Virus record (IMG/VR): IMGVR_UViG_2728368993_000001 | Coordinates: 32,001 to 96,000 of that record | DNA: 64,000 nt | Direction: 5' to 3' (one strand) | Source of the DNA: a virus | Taxonomy: Duplodnaviria > Caudoviricetes | In this document: one piece after another, positions 1 to 10,566 of the stretch | Layout of the letters: every line of letters begins with the position of its first letter | Numbering within the stretch: the first letter of the stretch is position 1 | Translations under genes and position numbers: made by a program | Notes under the pieces: generated by a model | Told to the model about the DNA's origin: nothing | What the model saw: the letters and a program-made list of their open reading frames with translations, nothing else | The model's database searches: none

Positions 1-148
1 TGCCGACTTCAAAAAGTGGCAGCCGTGGATCGTGTAAGATTACTTCGGGCTTGAGTTCGATTTCGAGCTCAACATAGTCGGTTGATATCGTAGATGGGAC
101 AACCACCCTAGGACTACTTTCCCCTGTTGGTTCAGCGTAAGCTAGGAT

Positions 149-652
149 GTGGACTTGAAAGAAAAAACAATCAATATTAATAAGTCACTTGATTTCCAAG
201 TAGCATCTAAAAACCCTGACGAAATGTTTGGAGACGTTAAAACTTACCATTCTAAACGAACCATCACAATTAGTCAGGGACTTGCTAATGATCTGCATTT
301 CCACAAGAAATATCAGAATCAAAACAAAACCGCACTAAATGATAACTATCATTTTGAATATAATCTTTTTCTTTGTCGGAATGACGGAGATTACATGCCA
401 AAATCAAGTCTGTTTAATTCCTTTGCCCGAATATTAAAAAGGACTGGTCTCCCTAACTTACCAATTCATTCATTAAGACACACGCATGCCGTATTACAAT
501 TGGAAGCCGGAGCTAGCACGAAATAGTTACAAGAGCGTTTAGGCCACGGAAGTATGCAAATAACTTCTGATGTCTATTCACACATTAGTAAAAGTATCGA
601 TTTTGAAACTATGAATAGATTTGAGGAACATTTGAAAAATGTCCTTGAATAA
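149..652 (+). pseudogene. C-terminal part of a phage tyrosine integrase, interrupted by an in-frame TAG at 524-526
   Basis: HSLRHTHA motif; after the stop the frame continues LQERLGH...SDVYSH to TAA at 650-652. No N-terminal domain is visible upstream. Confidence 0.85.
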
Positions 653-768
653 TTTTTTTAAAGCAAAACCGGGCAAAAATCGGGCAATCACAAAAATAGG
701 CGGAAAACTATTTAATTGCCCGATGTAAAAAAAAGCCCCGATACTAGCCGTATCAGGACTTTTACCTA

Positions 769-828
769 TTAATACATGTTCATGTATTGTTCGCGTTCCC
801 ATGGGTGAACTTGCGTGCGGAACATATC
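769..828 (-). repeat. att-type duplicate of the last 60 bp of glnA
   Basis: Minus strand reads [19 protein letters not shown], the same protein sequence as glnA 21379-21438, with 7 nt differences that are all synonymous. Confidence 0.93.
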
Positions 829-1184
829 TTCGACTTTCACAGAATTTCATAATGGTACATAATTACTTATTTATCGTGATTTATAAAACCTATTTACATC
901 CTTCATTCATTCTAATTCAACTATAAACTTTTATTTGGTGGTCAGATAGTGGTCAATTATACTCCATTCCCGATTTCCTTTAAAGTTCATTTGTAAAAAG
1001 GCCTTGTAATCAATTGGATATTCCACAATCGCGCCCTATAATTGAATAACGGAAGCTGCAATCTCTTCAATAGAATCATGATATTTTAGAATTTGAGAGT
1101 AATCTACATATATCAATGAATTTGATATCTTAGATTTTTATTCTCGCTTTTTGGCGAACTACTCTCTATTTTTATATCATGCAA

Positions 1185-2876
1185 CTAAAGCTTAAATTGA
1201 CGAACTAATCTATTAAGTTTTTCAGCTAATTTCGCAAGGTCATCAGAACTGTTGGTTACTTCTTCCATCGAGCTGCTTATTTGTTGAGACGAGGCAGAGG
1301 TTTGTTCTACTCCAGCAGCTGTCTCTTCCGAAATAGCTGCAATCTCTGAGATAGAACCATTCATTATTTCACTGTTTGATGAAATACTTGATAAGTTCTC
1401 AGATACCGTTTTAATACTGTTTACCATTTCTGTTACAGCTGAGCTGATTGAAGCAAAGGTTTCTCGAGTCGTCTTTATTTGGGTTGTTCCTTGCTTAACT
1501 TCGTTATATCCATCTTGTAATGATGTCGTTACTAAACTGGATTCATATTGTATACCAGCGACAATGTCAGTAATATCTGCTACAGAACTAGAGACTTGTT
1601 CAGCAAGCTTTCTGACTTCATCTGCAACGACGGCAAAACCTCTACCGTGTTCTCCTGCTCTGGCAGCTTCAATTGCTGCATTTAATGCTAGGAGGTTGGT
1701 CTGGGCAGCAATTTCTTGAATAATCGAAACCAAATTCGATATTTCTTGTGACTTAACATCTAAACCTTGCACTTTATGTACTGCATCTTGCACGATTTGA
1801 TCAATTTTAGCCATTTGCTTGTTGGATGATTCCATTAATTGACTACCTTCACTAGTCATTTGGAAAACTTCATTTGAGGCTTTTTGAATTAGCTCTCCAT
1901 TAGAATTAGCTTCTTGAACTGAAGTTGAAAATAACCCCATAATGTTGGCCAGTTCACTTGCAGTTCTGGCTTCTGATTCAGTACCGGCGGCTAATTCTTG
2001 CATAGTAGTGGCAATTTGTTGAGAACCAGCGTTCACTTCATTTGCAGATTGAGTTAACTCTTCACTTTGACTTGTTATTGATCCAGAGGCTACATTGATT
2101 TCACTTAGTAATTCACGAATATTATTACTCATTTCATTTGTTGCAACAACAAGCTGACCTACTTCGTCTTGTGACTTTGTTTCTAATGGTTCATTGCTTA
2201 GATCACCACTTGAAATTAACTTCATTCGCTCCATCACTTTTATGATTGGTTTTGCAATAATATTGGAAGTAATCAGTGCTGCAGCTAAACTAACCAAAAT
2301 AACCAAAATTGTTACTATCGTGGCTACAAATAGTGTTTTTCCCCCATTTGCTATAATTTGACTCTCTGTCTTATTAATCGAATCTCGACTTTTATTTGCC
2401 AGCTCTTCATAACCAACCATAATTTCACGTACAACCTGGTTTTTTTCTGCTAGATTTTGTCGAGCCAATTCGATATTTCCTTTGTCATACTCTTCGAATA
2501 CTTCTTTTGCAACAAACTGTCGCCACTCAACGGTCTTTTCGATAAGTTGGTCAAATTCCTCGGAAGCCCCTATCTCTCTAACAATTGCTTCATTACGCTT
2601 ACCCTCTTCTGTATATTCATTAAATCGATCTTTATAATCACCACCATATAACACGTAACCACGGGCTGTTGATATTCGATTCGCCATAGTTCTAGCCATT
2701 TGTTCATTAGCAATTAATAGCGGCACCTCTTTCTCTACAATATTTTTAGCTTCCTCGTTACTCTTCTTAATTGCCGAAAAATTATAAATTCCAAATAGAA
2801 CGACAAGTAAAATAACTAATGAAAACCCAAATAACATTTTCATCTTAATACTTTTAAAATTAAATCGTTTCTTCAC
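1185..2876 (-). CDS. methyl-accepting chemotaxis protein (2 TM, helical sensor, HAMP, signalling domain)
   Basis: [38 protein letters not shown] signature; HAMP motif DEVGQL. Confidence 0.95.
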   Translation of the reverse strand: MKKRFNFKSIKMKMLFGFSLVILLVVLFGIYNFSAIKKSNEEAKNIVEKEVPLLIANEQMARTMANRISTARGYVLYGGDYKDRFNEYTEEGKRNEAIVREIGASEEFDQLIEKTVEWRQFVAKEVFEEYDKGNIELARQNLAEKNQVVREIMVGYEELANKSRDSINKTESQIIANGGKTLFVATIVTILVILVSLAAALITSNIIAKPIIKVMERMKLISSGDLSNEPLETKSQDEVGQLVVATNEMSNNIRELLSEINVASGSITSQSEELTQSANEVNAGSQQIATTMQELAAGTESEARTASELANIMGLFSTSVQEANSNGELIQKASNEVFQMTSEGSQLMESSNKQMAKIDQIVQDAVHKVQGLDVKSQEISNLVSIIQEIAAQTNLLALNAAIEAARAGEHGRGFAVVADEVRKLAEQVSSSVADITDIVAGIQYESSLVTTSLQDGYNEVKQGTTQIKTTRETFASISSAVTEMVNSIKTVSENLSSISSNSEIMNGSISEIAAISEETAAGVEQTSASSQQISSSMEEVTNSSDDLAKLAEKLNRLVRQFKL

Positions 2877-2944
2877 TTCTTGTACCTCAATTTCTTATAG
2901 TTTACATTCCACGGTTGTTCAAAATTGCCTAATGTACTAGCTTA

Positions 2945-3145
2945 CTATTATTTCCTGCTTCAATTATCTCAAGGGTAAATTCCACACTATTTTTTAAATT
3001 GACTTACCAATTTCATCTAAACTTGTTGCGCTATTATGATAGCTAAAAATTCCCAAAATTAACATCGGTACAATCAATAAAAGAATTATATGAAAATGAG
3101 TTTCGCTTGAATGGCTGAAGTAAGTTTAAGTGGTTCAAATTTCAT
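2945..3145 (-). pseudogene. N-terminal fragment of a second chemoreceptor
   Basis: RBS (AAAGGTG) + ATG at 3145; reads IQAKLIFI*FFLLIVPMLILGIFSYHNSATSLDEIGK, then after a frameshift KNSVEFTLEIIE, resembling Bacillus MCP N-termini. A sigma-D-like -10 (ACCGATAT) lies at 3219-3226. Confidence 0.55.
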
Positions 3146-3533
3146 TAAGTTGACACCTTTCTTAGTAGTTTATGAAACTATTCTTTTTTTATAATACTTG
3201 AAATTTACCACCCAACTTATATCGGTTACTTATTTCAACTTTCAAGCCAATTATGGGTAAAAATAATTTGTTGGTCACGAACATCTTTCTGTGATTGCAT
3301 GATACCATATAGAACTCTAGGTCATAAAAGAGTTTTTTTATGAAACTATTAAATAACAAATCTGCTTCGAATGATCAGCATCTAAAACCTCTTGCTGTCT
3401 CTTTCTTGGTATAGAATTACGCATGAATTACCCCTTTTCGAATCCGTGGTTTAGCAACTGATAAAATGTTGGCTTTTTGTTGGTTTGAAATAAAGTTCGA
3501 TTAAAAATTAGTTTAAAACATTGATTTCATAAT

Positions 3534-3588
3534 AAAAGACTCTCCTACATTTTGAACAAAGATTGATCAAAATGTAGGAGAGTCTTTT
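3534..3588. terminator. long perfect inverted repeat / intrinsic terminator downstream of the MepB-family gene
   Basis: AAAAGACTCTCCTACATTTTGA ... TCAAAATGTAGGAGAGTCTTTT. Confidence 0.7.
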
Positions 3589-3694
3589 TCTCTGCACGAG
3601 CATTTTATAAAAAAGATTGATAATTTCGGTAGGCGAATCGTTAAAGAAATCCCCCAATTGCGAATTTGACAGTAACTCTCCTTAATATCGTTTT

Positions 3695-4183
3695 TCATAA
3701 TAAATACAATTTCTTTAATTTTTCAACTTCAAAGTCATCTGATAAATCAATAAAATATTCTGTTTGCCATGATTGAGTCCTGGTAGCATTTGTATTCAAT
3801 TCAGTTACCCAACTTGGATAAACTCTAAGTGCCATTTTCCCTTTCTGCTTGGGACTTTTCAATATTCCATATTTAAGAAGCACTTTTTTAGGAAAAATAA
3901 ATTGCCCCCGCCTCTCGTTATCTATGACGGATACGATTAATTTCTCTGGTGAATTCTCATAGCTATAAGCGTGATTGATTCCCATAGTATCTTTTTCCCA
4001 AAATGCAACAAAATATCCCTTCTTTTTAGGAGTTAATTTAGCAAGTCTACTTCTGTAAACGTGTTTATTTATTATTAAAAGTAATCCCTCATATTCACTA
4101 TTTTGGACTTCTCTTTTTAGAACACAGTTCTCTATACTTCCAACCTCATTCATAATATCTCGGAACAAACTTTCAGATTTCAT
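3695..4183 (-). CDS. MepB family protein
   Basis: RSRLAKLTPKKKGYFVAFWEK and GKMALRVYPSW motifs typical of MepB. Confidence 0.8.
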   Translation of the reverse strand: MKSESLFRDIMNEVGSIENCVLKREVQNSEYEGLLLIINKHVYRSRLAKLTPKKKGYFVAFWEKDTMGINHAYSYENSPEKLIVSVIDNERRGQFIFPKKVLLKYGILKSPKQKGKMALRVYPSWVTELNTNATRTQSWQTEYFIDLSDDFEVEKLKKLYLL

Positions 4184-4347
4184 TTTAACTCCTCTCTCCT
4201 ATACATCCATCATTTTTCTTACACTTAACAAGTACCGAAATATTCATACCTTTTTTTACAAATAAATAATTAAAGATAGCATGAAAAACCAGTTTCACTC
4301 GATCTTTTAAACTACTTTCTTCTCAACTTTATTACAATCATCTTATA

Positions 4348-4390
4348 CGAACAATCGTTTGATTTCAAGTTGTTTTCGAACGTTTGTTTG
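4348..4390 (+). promoter_or_regulatory. two LexA (SOS) boxes upstream of the yolD-like gene
   Basis: CGAACAATCGTTTG (4348-4361) and CGAACGTTTGTTTG (4377-4390) versus the Bacillus consensus CGAAC-N4-GTTCG. Confidence 0.7.
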
Positions 4391-4419
4391 TATATAATAA
4401 TAAAAAAGGAGATGATTAT

Positions 4420-4680
4420 TTGATAAGAAGTGAACTTTTAAAGAAGACGGTATTAGACGAGCAAGTATTCAAGCAAATTGGTATTGCAGTGATGGAGTCA
4501 CTCAACTACACGTTGCCAGTTCGTATCACCTTCTGGAAGGCAGATAAACTAGTCAATAATATAGGTATTGTGGCCAATGTGGATAAGCAAATGAAATATT
4601 TAATACTGGATTTATTAAGTGGGGATATTAGGATTGATCTCGATTGTGTAGTAGCTGTAGAAAGGTATAACCATGACTAG
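4420..4680 (+). CDS. YolD-like protein
   Basis: LDEQ...ESLNYTLPVRITFW pattern; RBS AAGGGAG before TTG at 4420; SOS boxes upstream. Confidence 0.75.
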   Translation: MIRSELLKKTVLDEQVFKQIGIAVMESLNYTLPVRITFWKADKLVNNIGIVANVDKQMKYLILDLLSGDIRIDLDCVVAVERYNHD

Positions 4681-5029
4681 GATTCCTGAGAATGACAGAG
4701 AGTTTATAGAAACAGCTTTGTATTTACCAATGCTGCTTAAAATACTGGAACGAGATAAAGTTTTGATTGAACAAGGATCTTTTAAAATAAAATCCCCCTA
4801 TGTGGATATAGTTGAGAATGCAATTATGACTGTACGGAAGGATTTAAAAATTGCCAGGGACCATTTATGTAAGGAAAAAATTAAACTAGAAGAAATTAAA
4901 AGAGATGCTGATTTCACTATGTACTCATTTATATACAAAGGCTTCGAAGAACATCACACCTACTTTAATCCGCGCTTGAGAAATAGAACCGAGGAATTGT
5001 TGAGGATTTATTTACATAAGGTTCAATAG
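4673..5029 (+). CDS. hypothetical phage protein coupled to yolD
   Basis: Overlaps the yolD stop; 118 aa; followed by a hairpin terminator at about 5033-5065. Confidence 0.7.
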   Translation: MTRIPENDREFIETALYLPMLLKILERDKVLIEQGSFKIKSPYVDIVENAIMTVRKDLKIARDHLCKEKIKLEEIKRDADFTMYSFIYKGFEEHHTYFNPRLRNRTEELLRIYLHKVQ

Positions 5030-5082
5030 GATAAGCCCCCTCTCGATTAAGAGAAGGGCCTTTTTCTATGCAAAATATCAAA

Positions 5083-5652
5083 TTACTCTTCAGGGGGCTT
5101 ACCGACATGTGCACTAGCACTAATAAAAATGTCTTCTTCTTTATATAATAAGATGTTAAAATTTCCTGGCTCTTCTGGTTCATACAAATCATCAAAGACA
5201 TTCTTTAGAGATTCACTCGTATATTCAATAACTTCCATTTGGGGATTTTCCCGATAGAAATATTCCTTAACCTTTACAGCATCGTTCGGAATCACCTTTT
5301 TCATTTCATTTAATACTTGTTCTTTTGTCCAATTGGCTTTGTCTGTCCTTATTAACATAAAATAAAAACTATCGGCTTTACCCTCCCAAAAACTCGGTTG
5401 TATGTAATCATTTTTAAAACTTGCCAGGTCGTTATTTCCTGAATTAGGTCCATAATTTTGTTCAAACACTTTTAAGGTGTCACCTAACCCACCTTCTGGT
5501 GTAATCTGAGTAACTTCTTTCTCATCATTTTCTTTCTGTTCCTCTTTTGGTTGAGTCTCTATTTTATCAGTACATGCCGTAAGACACAGTAGAGAAAGTG
5601 ATACTATGCTAATTAGTAATATTTTCTTCATTTTTACACATCCTCCTAACAA
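5083..5652 (-). CDS. putative lipoprotein (moron)
   Basis: MKKILLISIVSLSLLCLTAC lipobox signal; the real start is probably the internal ATG after AGGAGG. Confidence 0.75.
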   Translation of the reverse strand: MLGGCVKMKKILLISIVSLSLLCLTACTDKIETQPKEEQKENDEKEVTQITPEGGLGDTLKVFEQNYGPNSGNNDLASFKNDYIQPSFWEGKADSFYFMLIRTDKANWTKEQVLNEMKKVIPNDAVKVKEYFYRENPQMEVIEYTSESLKNVFDDLYEPEEPGNFNILLYKEEDIFISASAHVGKPPEE

Positions 5653-5851
5653 CTACCATTTATTTCATCATAGTATGTAGTGAATAATTAGGATTTATTT
5701 AACAAAAATACCAATGGGATAAAGCCCCTCTCAAAACCAAGAGAAGGGCTTGTAGCATATGAATCACAGGGTTGATTATTATTTCCCCCAATCAACCAAG
5801 AAACAAACATTAATCGAGTAAGATTTTTTACAACAGCAATTTCTTTGTTCT

Positions 5852-6628
5852 TTATAAATTCCGACCATTTAACACAAGGTTCAAATATTCAATTTCATCA
5901 AAAGTTAAATCTTTTGCTAAGGCTTTTTTCTCCCATTGATCAGAACTTAAAATCCCTTTTCCTCTAGCTTTCTTATAAATACCTGATGCTTCTTGCCATT
6001 GCCAATCAGCCCAATTTGGTTTATTTCCACTCACTTTAGGTTCCTCCTTTTTCGCTGCCGCAATTTTTGCTGGTAAATTCAAATACTCCGCAACACCTCT
6101 TGCATATGCTGCAGCCATATCCTTGATGAAATTCTTATTTTTTAGCAGATCTGCATCTTTTGAGTCTATATAAGCAATTTCTGTTAATAATGCAGGCATA
6201 TTAGTTTGACGGACAACAGCAAGATTATCTTGTTTACTATCGTCACCATGGGCACCCAAACCGTATTTCTTAGCTGTAGCAAGAGCCTCAGCATTAACTA
6301 TGCTTTGTAATTTCACGGAACCAGCACTTGGTTTTGTATAGATATAAGACTCATAGCCTGTCCCTCCACCAGCGTTTACGTGATTAGAGATAAATACATC
6401 TGCATTAGCTCTATTAGCAATATTAGCTCGTTCTGAAAGTTCTATAAAGATATCAGTAGTCCGTGTAAGAGTCGCTTCATGTTCTGTATAGTTTTCATCA
6501 AGATACTTTTTCATTTCTTTTGAGATTTCTAAAGTAAGATTTTTTTCGAGCAATTCATTGCCAACTGCCCCAGGATCTTTTCCACCATGCCCTGGATCAA
6601 TTTTGACTTTTTTCTTCATCTCTATCAC
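5852..6628 (-). CDS. endolysin, N-acetylmuramoyl-L-alanine amidase (Amidase_3)
   Basis: IDPGHGGKDPGA, ISNHVNA, LTEIAYID motifs. Confidence 0.92.
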   Translation of the reverse strand: MIEMKKKVKIDPGHGGKDPGAVGNELLEKNLTLEISKEMKKYLDENYTEHEATLTRTTDIFIELSERANIANRANADVFISNHVNAGGGTGYESYIYTKPSAGSVKLQSIVNAEALATAKKYGLGAHGDDSKQDNLAVVRQTNMPALLTEIAYIDSKDADLLKNKNFIKDMAAAYARGVAEYLNLPAKIAAAKKEEPKVSGNKPNWADWQWQEASGIYKKARGKGILSSDQWEKKALAKDLTFDEIEYLNLVLNGRNL

Positions 6629-6676
6629 CTCGTATTCTTATTTATATGAACAAAAAAGGCCATCCGTGTGGACAGC

Positions 6677-7075
6677 TTATTTTCCTTTTCCTTTTAACAC
6701 CTGCACCATTCCTTTTATTTGCTCCGGTACGACCAGACCTGTACGCCCTGCATTTTCGATGATTGATAGTAGCTCATTCGCCATATAAAAATAAATGGCT
6801 GCATCTCTAACAAGGTCATTTCCCCCTATTACTCTATCGATAAGATGAGCAACGGCAACAATAGCAAATATCATTACCTTTTTCGCAATGCCCCTGAATC
6901 CAATTTTACTACTTAGTTTCCCTTCAACAGCCGATGCAATTAATCCCGATAAGTAGTCAATAGCAACGAACACTAATAGGGTATTTATCAACGCTTCCCC
7001 CCCAAATAAATACCCTGTAACGCCTCCTGCTAATGTGGCTGCTACTTTAAAAAATATGTCTAATCTCTCCATCAT
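6677..7075 (-). CDS. phage holin (holin_4 / TcdE-like family)
   Basis: DYLSGL...SKIGFRGIAKK...NELLSIIENAG motifs; located upstream of the amidase. Confidence 0.9.
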   Translation of the reverse strand: MMERLDIFFKVAATLAGGVTGYLFGGEALINTLLVFVAIDYLSGLIASAVEGKLSSKIGFRGIAKKVMIFAIVAVAHLIDRVIGGNDLVRDAAIYFYMANELLSIIENAGRTGLVVPEQIKGMVQVLKGKGK

Positions 7076-7128
7076 TTCTCCCCTTTTATCAAAATAAAAA
7101 GAGGACTCATAAAGCCCTCAAATATAAA

Positions 7129-7326
7129 CTATTCCGTTGGTTCCGTCGGTTCAGTTGTCGGCGTTGGATACCAAAGACGAATCTCATTTTTATGCATACC
7201 TGTTGTGCCTAATAATACAAATTGTGTGCGATGATCGTTCAAGCTTTCTGCTAATGCTTTTGCATCGTAATTTGGTATTGTTGCGTTAATAGTTGCTCCA
7301 CTCGCTAATTGAAATGTAATATTCAT
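7129..7326 (-). CDS. small phage protein between tail and lysis genes
   Basis: RBS GGGAGG; 65 aa; PTEPTEPTE tail. Confidence 0.6.
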   Translation of the reverse strand: MNITFQLASGATINATIPNYDAKALAESLNDHRTQFVLLGTTGMHKNEIRLWYPTPTTEPTEPTE

Positions 7327-7343
7327 TTTAGTTCCTCCCTTTT

Positions 7344-9007
7344 TTATCCTACTGTTCCTGTTAGTTCTGTATATGATGAGCCGTCATAAATCCGCACTCT
7401 ATTGCCACTGCGCCACAGCTTCAGAGATTGCCCTGTGTACGGCTTAACGTACTGATTATCCGCGTGGACATGTCCTGATAAACTAAAACTTTGATATGTG
7501 TAAGAACCATTTAATGTATTAGCATTCCCTGCATTTTGAGCATACAGCACATTACCCGGCACGTTATTACCCCATATGATATTACCTAAACGCAGGTCTA
7601 AAGTTCCGCCATCTAAAACAAATTGCCCACCACGAATAGTTGTTCCGATTATATTTCCTGCTGTGATGGTGCCAAGACTGCCAGTTATATCAGACAGGAC
7701 TGATACAGCTCCAACAAGGTTAATCTTGCTTGCTATGATATCAACTGTAGTCGCAGATTGATTAATCAAAGATGCTATTGTATTGCCGTTAAAATCGCTC
7801 TGACTTACCCTTGAGGCTATCAACCCTGCTTGAACACTTAATGACCCTTCGGCGCTTCGAATCCGAGTATCTAGTCCACCGATAGTTGAATTAACGGCAC
7901 CTATCTGCCCATCCACATAATTAACCGATGCTTTAAGGGCAACAGTTCCGGCAACCACATTTATCGATGCTTCCACAGCTTCAATCTGACCGTCAAAATA
8001 GTTATAAGTTTGATTTATTTCCGAATCCGTGTAAGCCTTAGACTCTATTAAAATACCATCTGCTTTTAGATCTATAAGAGATACGGCGCTTTGAATATCT
8101 CCATTTAGGCGCTCGACTTGTCCTGTGATATTATCTGCAGTTATTTCAAAAAATGCTTTTGCTTCCGAAACGCTACCATCGATGCGCTGAACTTCCATGC
8201 TGATTTTTTCATTCGTCTGCTCAAATTTAGATCGTGTTTCTTTTTTGTTTTCATCAATTTCAATTCGAGTTTCGGTAAGGACGTCAGTGAAAGTCTGTTT
8301 TTTATTTCCTAACGTGACGACAGGGCTCTTTTTACTAAATGGATACCACTTTCGAGCAATGATACGTGTTTTAAAGTCAATGTTCATAGGCTCGTAAATG
8401 GTCCATTGCCGCCAAAACCTTTTATCACCGTACGTAAATTGGTAGTATCAACAGACTTTTTAAGCGTTTTAACATTGTGTTTGTAACGAAATTGTTCGTC
8501 TGTATCTGCTCCAACGCGCTCATAAATTTTAATGTGCTTGTTGGGCATAATCTTAATTTCGCAATCAAAAATTTTGCACGCATCCCAAATAAGAGATAAA
8601 ACGTTGCTGTCACCAAAGTTCGAAACCAACTCAAAATTACCGACATCCACATTCTCGAAAGTCCATCCTGTGCCTGTTAATATAAAAGAAAAAATATCAT
8701 ACGGATGTCTTGTGCCACCGATAAGGCCATAAACTTGATGTTCAATTAAATCGAAAAAGACATGTTGTGCTGCCACTGATTTTTGATTACGGATCTCTGA
8801 CAGTTTTTTCACACGGAACTCATGGCCATCTAATTCCACAGTGCTTTCTTCTTCTAAAAGTGGATAGGAGTGAGCATTTTTATCCGTAAAAAAAGAAGTA
8901 AAGGTAATTGAAAAATCTCCGTTTACTTCTTCGTTTATTTCGGCGCCTTTGATATCAGTTAATAATTCAGTTTGGCCGGCTAGATTTTTAACTACAAGCA
9001 ATAGCAC
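7344..9007 (-). pseudogene. phage tail endopeptidase/spike gene split into two ORFs (8384-9007 and 7344-8387), probably by an internal deletion
   Basis: The N-part has prophage tail endopeptidase features (FRYKHNVKTLKKSVDTTNLRTVIKGFG) and jumps frame directly into IYEPMNIDFKTRI, which normally lies further downstream in this family. Confidence 0.7.
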
Positions 9008-9086
9008 CGCCTCCTTTCTTTTATTCCTGTCGCACAGAAAAACCCCACCAAAAGGTGAGGTTCAAAAACTATATTTGCTTAATGGA

Positions 9087-9395
9087 TTAACTTGGATTAA
9101 CTACATTTACAGTTACTGTAGTATCTTCATACCCTGTAGCTTTAATTGTCCATACATAAGTCCCTGTTGCAGAGTACACACCGTGACCAAAGAGCACAAT
9201 ATCAGCCGGAGTACTTTGTACTTGGCTTGCGCTTACTGTATAACTTACTGGACTTCCTCCATCTTTTTGAAGGGTTACTTCTGTCACTGCTGATCCATAT
9301 TCTATATCAAAATCGTGTCTTACATGTGGAATGGAGTTTCCGACTGTATTGGTCATCGCACTTGATGTAGGTGGCACCAACAATGTTGGTTCGCT
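9087..9395 (-). CDS. putative 3' exon A: Ig-like surface-protein domain (DUF1533-like), 102 aa
   Basis: Frame opens exactly after the predicted splice site (AAT|AGC GAA CCA); WTIKATGYEDTTVTV motif; no RBS; in-frame TAA inside intron D6 just upstream. Confidence 0.7.
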   Translation of the reverse strand, partial: SEPTLLVPPTSSAMTNTVGNSIPHVRHDFDIEYGSAVTEVTLQKDGGSPVSYTVSASQVQSTPADIVLFGHGVYSATGTYVWTIKATGYEDTTVTVNVVNPS

Positions 9396-9466
9396 ATTCT
9401 CGTCTTATACTTTTCAGCTTTATAACGAGCCTTCACCGTACAGGCGACTTTCATCGCATACGGCGA
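9396..9466 (-). ncRNA. group II intron domains 5-6, copy A
   Basis: 34-nt D5 TCGCCGTATGCGAT-GAAA-GTCGC-CT-GTACGGTGA with CGC triad, GNRA loop and 2-nt bulge; D6 CTCGTTATA...TATAA(GA)CGAG; ends in AAT. Confidence 0.88.
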
Positions 9467-9507
9467 TCCGTCAATATTAGTACTTTTTGCTTATTTCCCC
9501 GTAAAAT

Positions 9508-9536
9508 AGATTAATCGAATTTTGTCGAAATGTAAA
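9508..9536 (-). promoter_or_regulatory. sigma-A-like promoter with internal Spo0A box, cassette A
   Basis: TTTACA-N17-TAATCT; TGTCGAA at 9523-9529; terminator-like hairpin with U-run just upstream (about 9540-9563). Confidence 0.55.
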
Positions 9537-9892
9537 CATAAAAAATACACCTCAATGGGTGTTCGTATAATTCCGTATCTCCTGCTAGATTTTTAACTAC
9601 AAGCAATAAAACCACCTCCTTAGGGCATGAAAAAAGAGCCCTGTGATTGGACTCTCGGCATGTAATTATTCAATTTGAACTAATAGACAGTTTGAACCTG
9701 ATGCGTAATACGCACAGATAAAAGAAGTGAGAATACACCTTCATAACTGGAATTGAAACTTGCTAATGCATATTCAAGATCATAGAATATGCTTTTAAAA
9801 AGTAAAGGCAATGCAGAAGTATAATCTCTACATTGCCTTTATTCAAACTATTCGTCTACTAACCTTGGACAGATTTCGGATAGTTACACAAT

Positions 9893-10447
9893 CTAATTTA
9901 AAGCGCCCATAGGGACATATCCAATTACTTTAAGATCTTTATCTAAGAAAAGAACAGCCCAATAGGTATTAGAACCGTAGCCAAAAGTTCCAGATGTAAT
10001 ACCTGCCCCTGACTTTTCCAATTTGGAATAATTTTTAGCTTCTTTCATATCGAGATATAAATCAGTCTTTGTTATAACATTTGAATATACGGTAGGTACA
10101 GCATATTTCCAGTTGTTCTTTATAATTTCTGGAGCTATCTGATCCTCATCAATATTAACTATTAAATTATTTTTTCCAGGATTTTTTCCACCTGTTACTC
10201 CAGCATCCACAAGAGTAAATATCCTATTAATTTCGCTTACCATATTTGATATTTTTTGTGCTGAGTCTAACTCATCATCTTCGGCTTCTACAATAGCAAT
10301 GCGATAGATTTCTAAGTTTTCCGCAATTGCGGTTACTCCATTTATTCCATTGATTGCTGAATTTAAAACTGTTTCATTAATACCGCTTGTATCACCTGTA
10401 TCTTTTACAACACTATTAATATTATTTATAGCTAATTCTTGTACGCT
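9893..10447 (-). CDS. putative 3' exon B: surface/S-layer-like domain, 184 aa
   Basis: Frame is open from the splice site (AAT|AGC GTA CAA) through SVQELAINNIN...GVTAIAENLEIYRIAI...QKISNMVSEIN, 68 codons upstream of the first ATG (10243); no RBS at the junction. Confidence 0.72.
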   Translation of the reverse strand, partial: SVQELAINNINSVVKDTGDTSGINETVLNSAINGINGVTAIAENLEIYRIAIVEAEDDELDSAQKISNMVSEINRIFTLVDAGVTGGKNPGKNNLIVNIDEDQIAPEIIKNNWKYAVPTVYSNVITKTDLYLDMKEAKNYSKLEKSGAGITSGTFGYGSNTYWAVLFLDKDLKVIGYVPMGALN

Positions 10448-10525
10448 ATTCTCGTCTTATCCTTCTCTCTATCTCGGTTTATAACGAGCCTTCACCGTAC
10501 GGGCGACTTTCATCGCATACGGCGA
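10448..10525 (-). ncRNA. group II intron domains 5-6, copy B
   Basis: D5 at 10492-10525, TCGCCGTATGCGATGAAAGTCGCCCGTACGGTGA; D6 has a longer loop; ends in GACGAGAAT. Confidence 0.88.
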
Positions 10526-10566
10526 TCCGTCAATAATAGTACTTTTTGCTTATTTCCCCAAAAAAT

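Noticed and set aside
578-850. 90-aa minus-strand ORF
   Set aside because: It overlaps the att copy out of frame and the integrase remnant antisense; likely spurious.
3400-3470. Possible c-di-GMP-I riboswitch upstream of the chemoreceptor (GCTAAACC...CGAAA)
   Set aside because: The conserved GACGCAAA junction and second hairpin are absent.
9711-9715. GTGCG on the minus strand as an intron 5' splice site for copy A
   Set aside because: It lies only about 250 nt before D5, with terminators and the tail-gene-start duplicate in between; no D1-D3 structure is recognisable and there is no equivalent in cassettes B or C.
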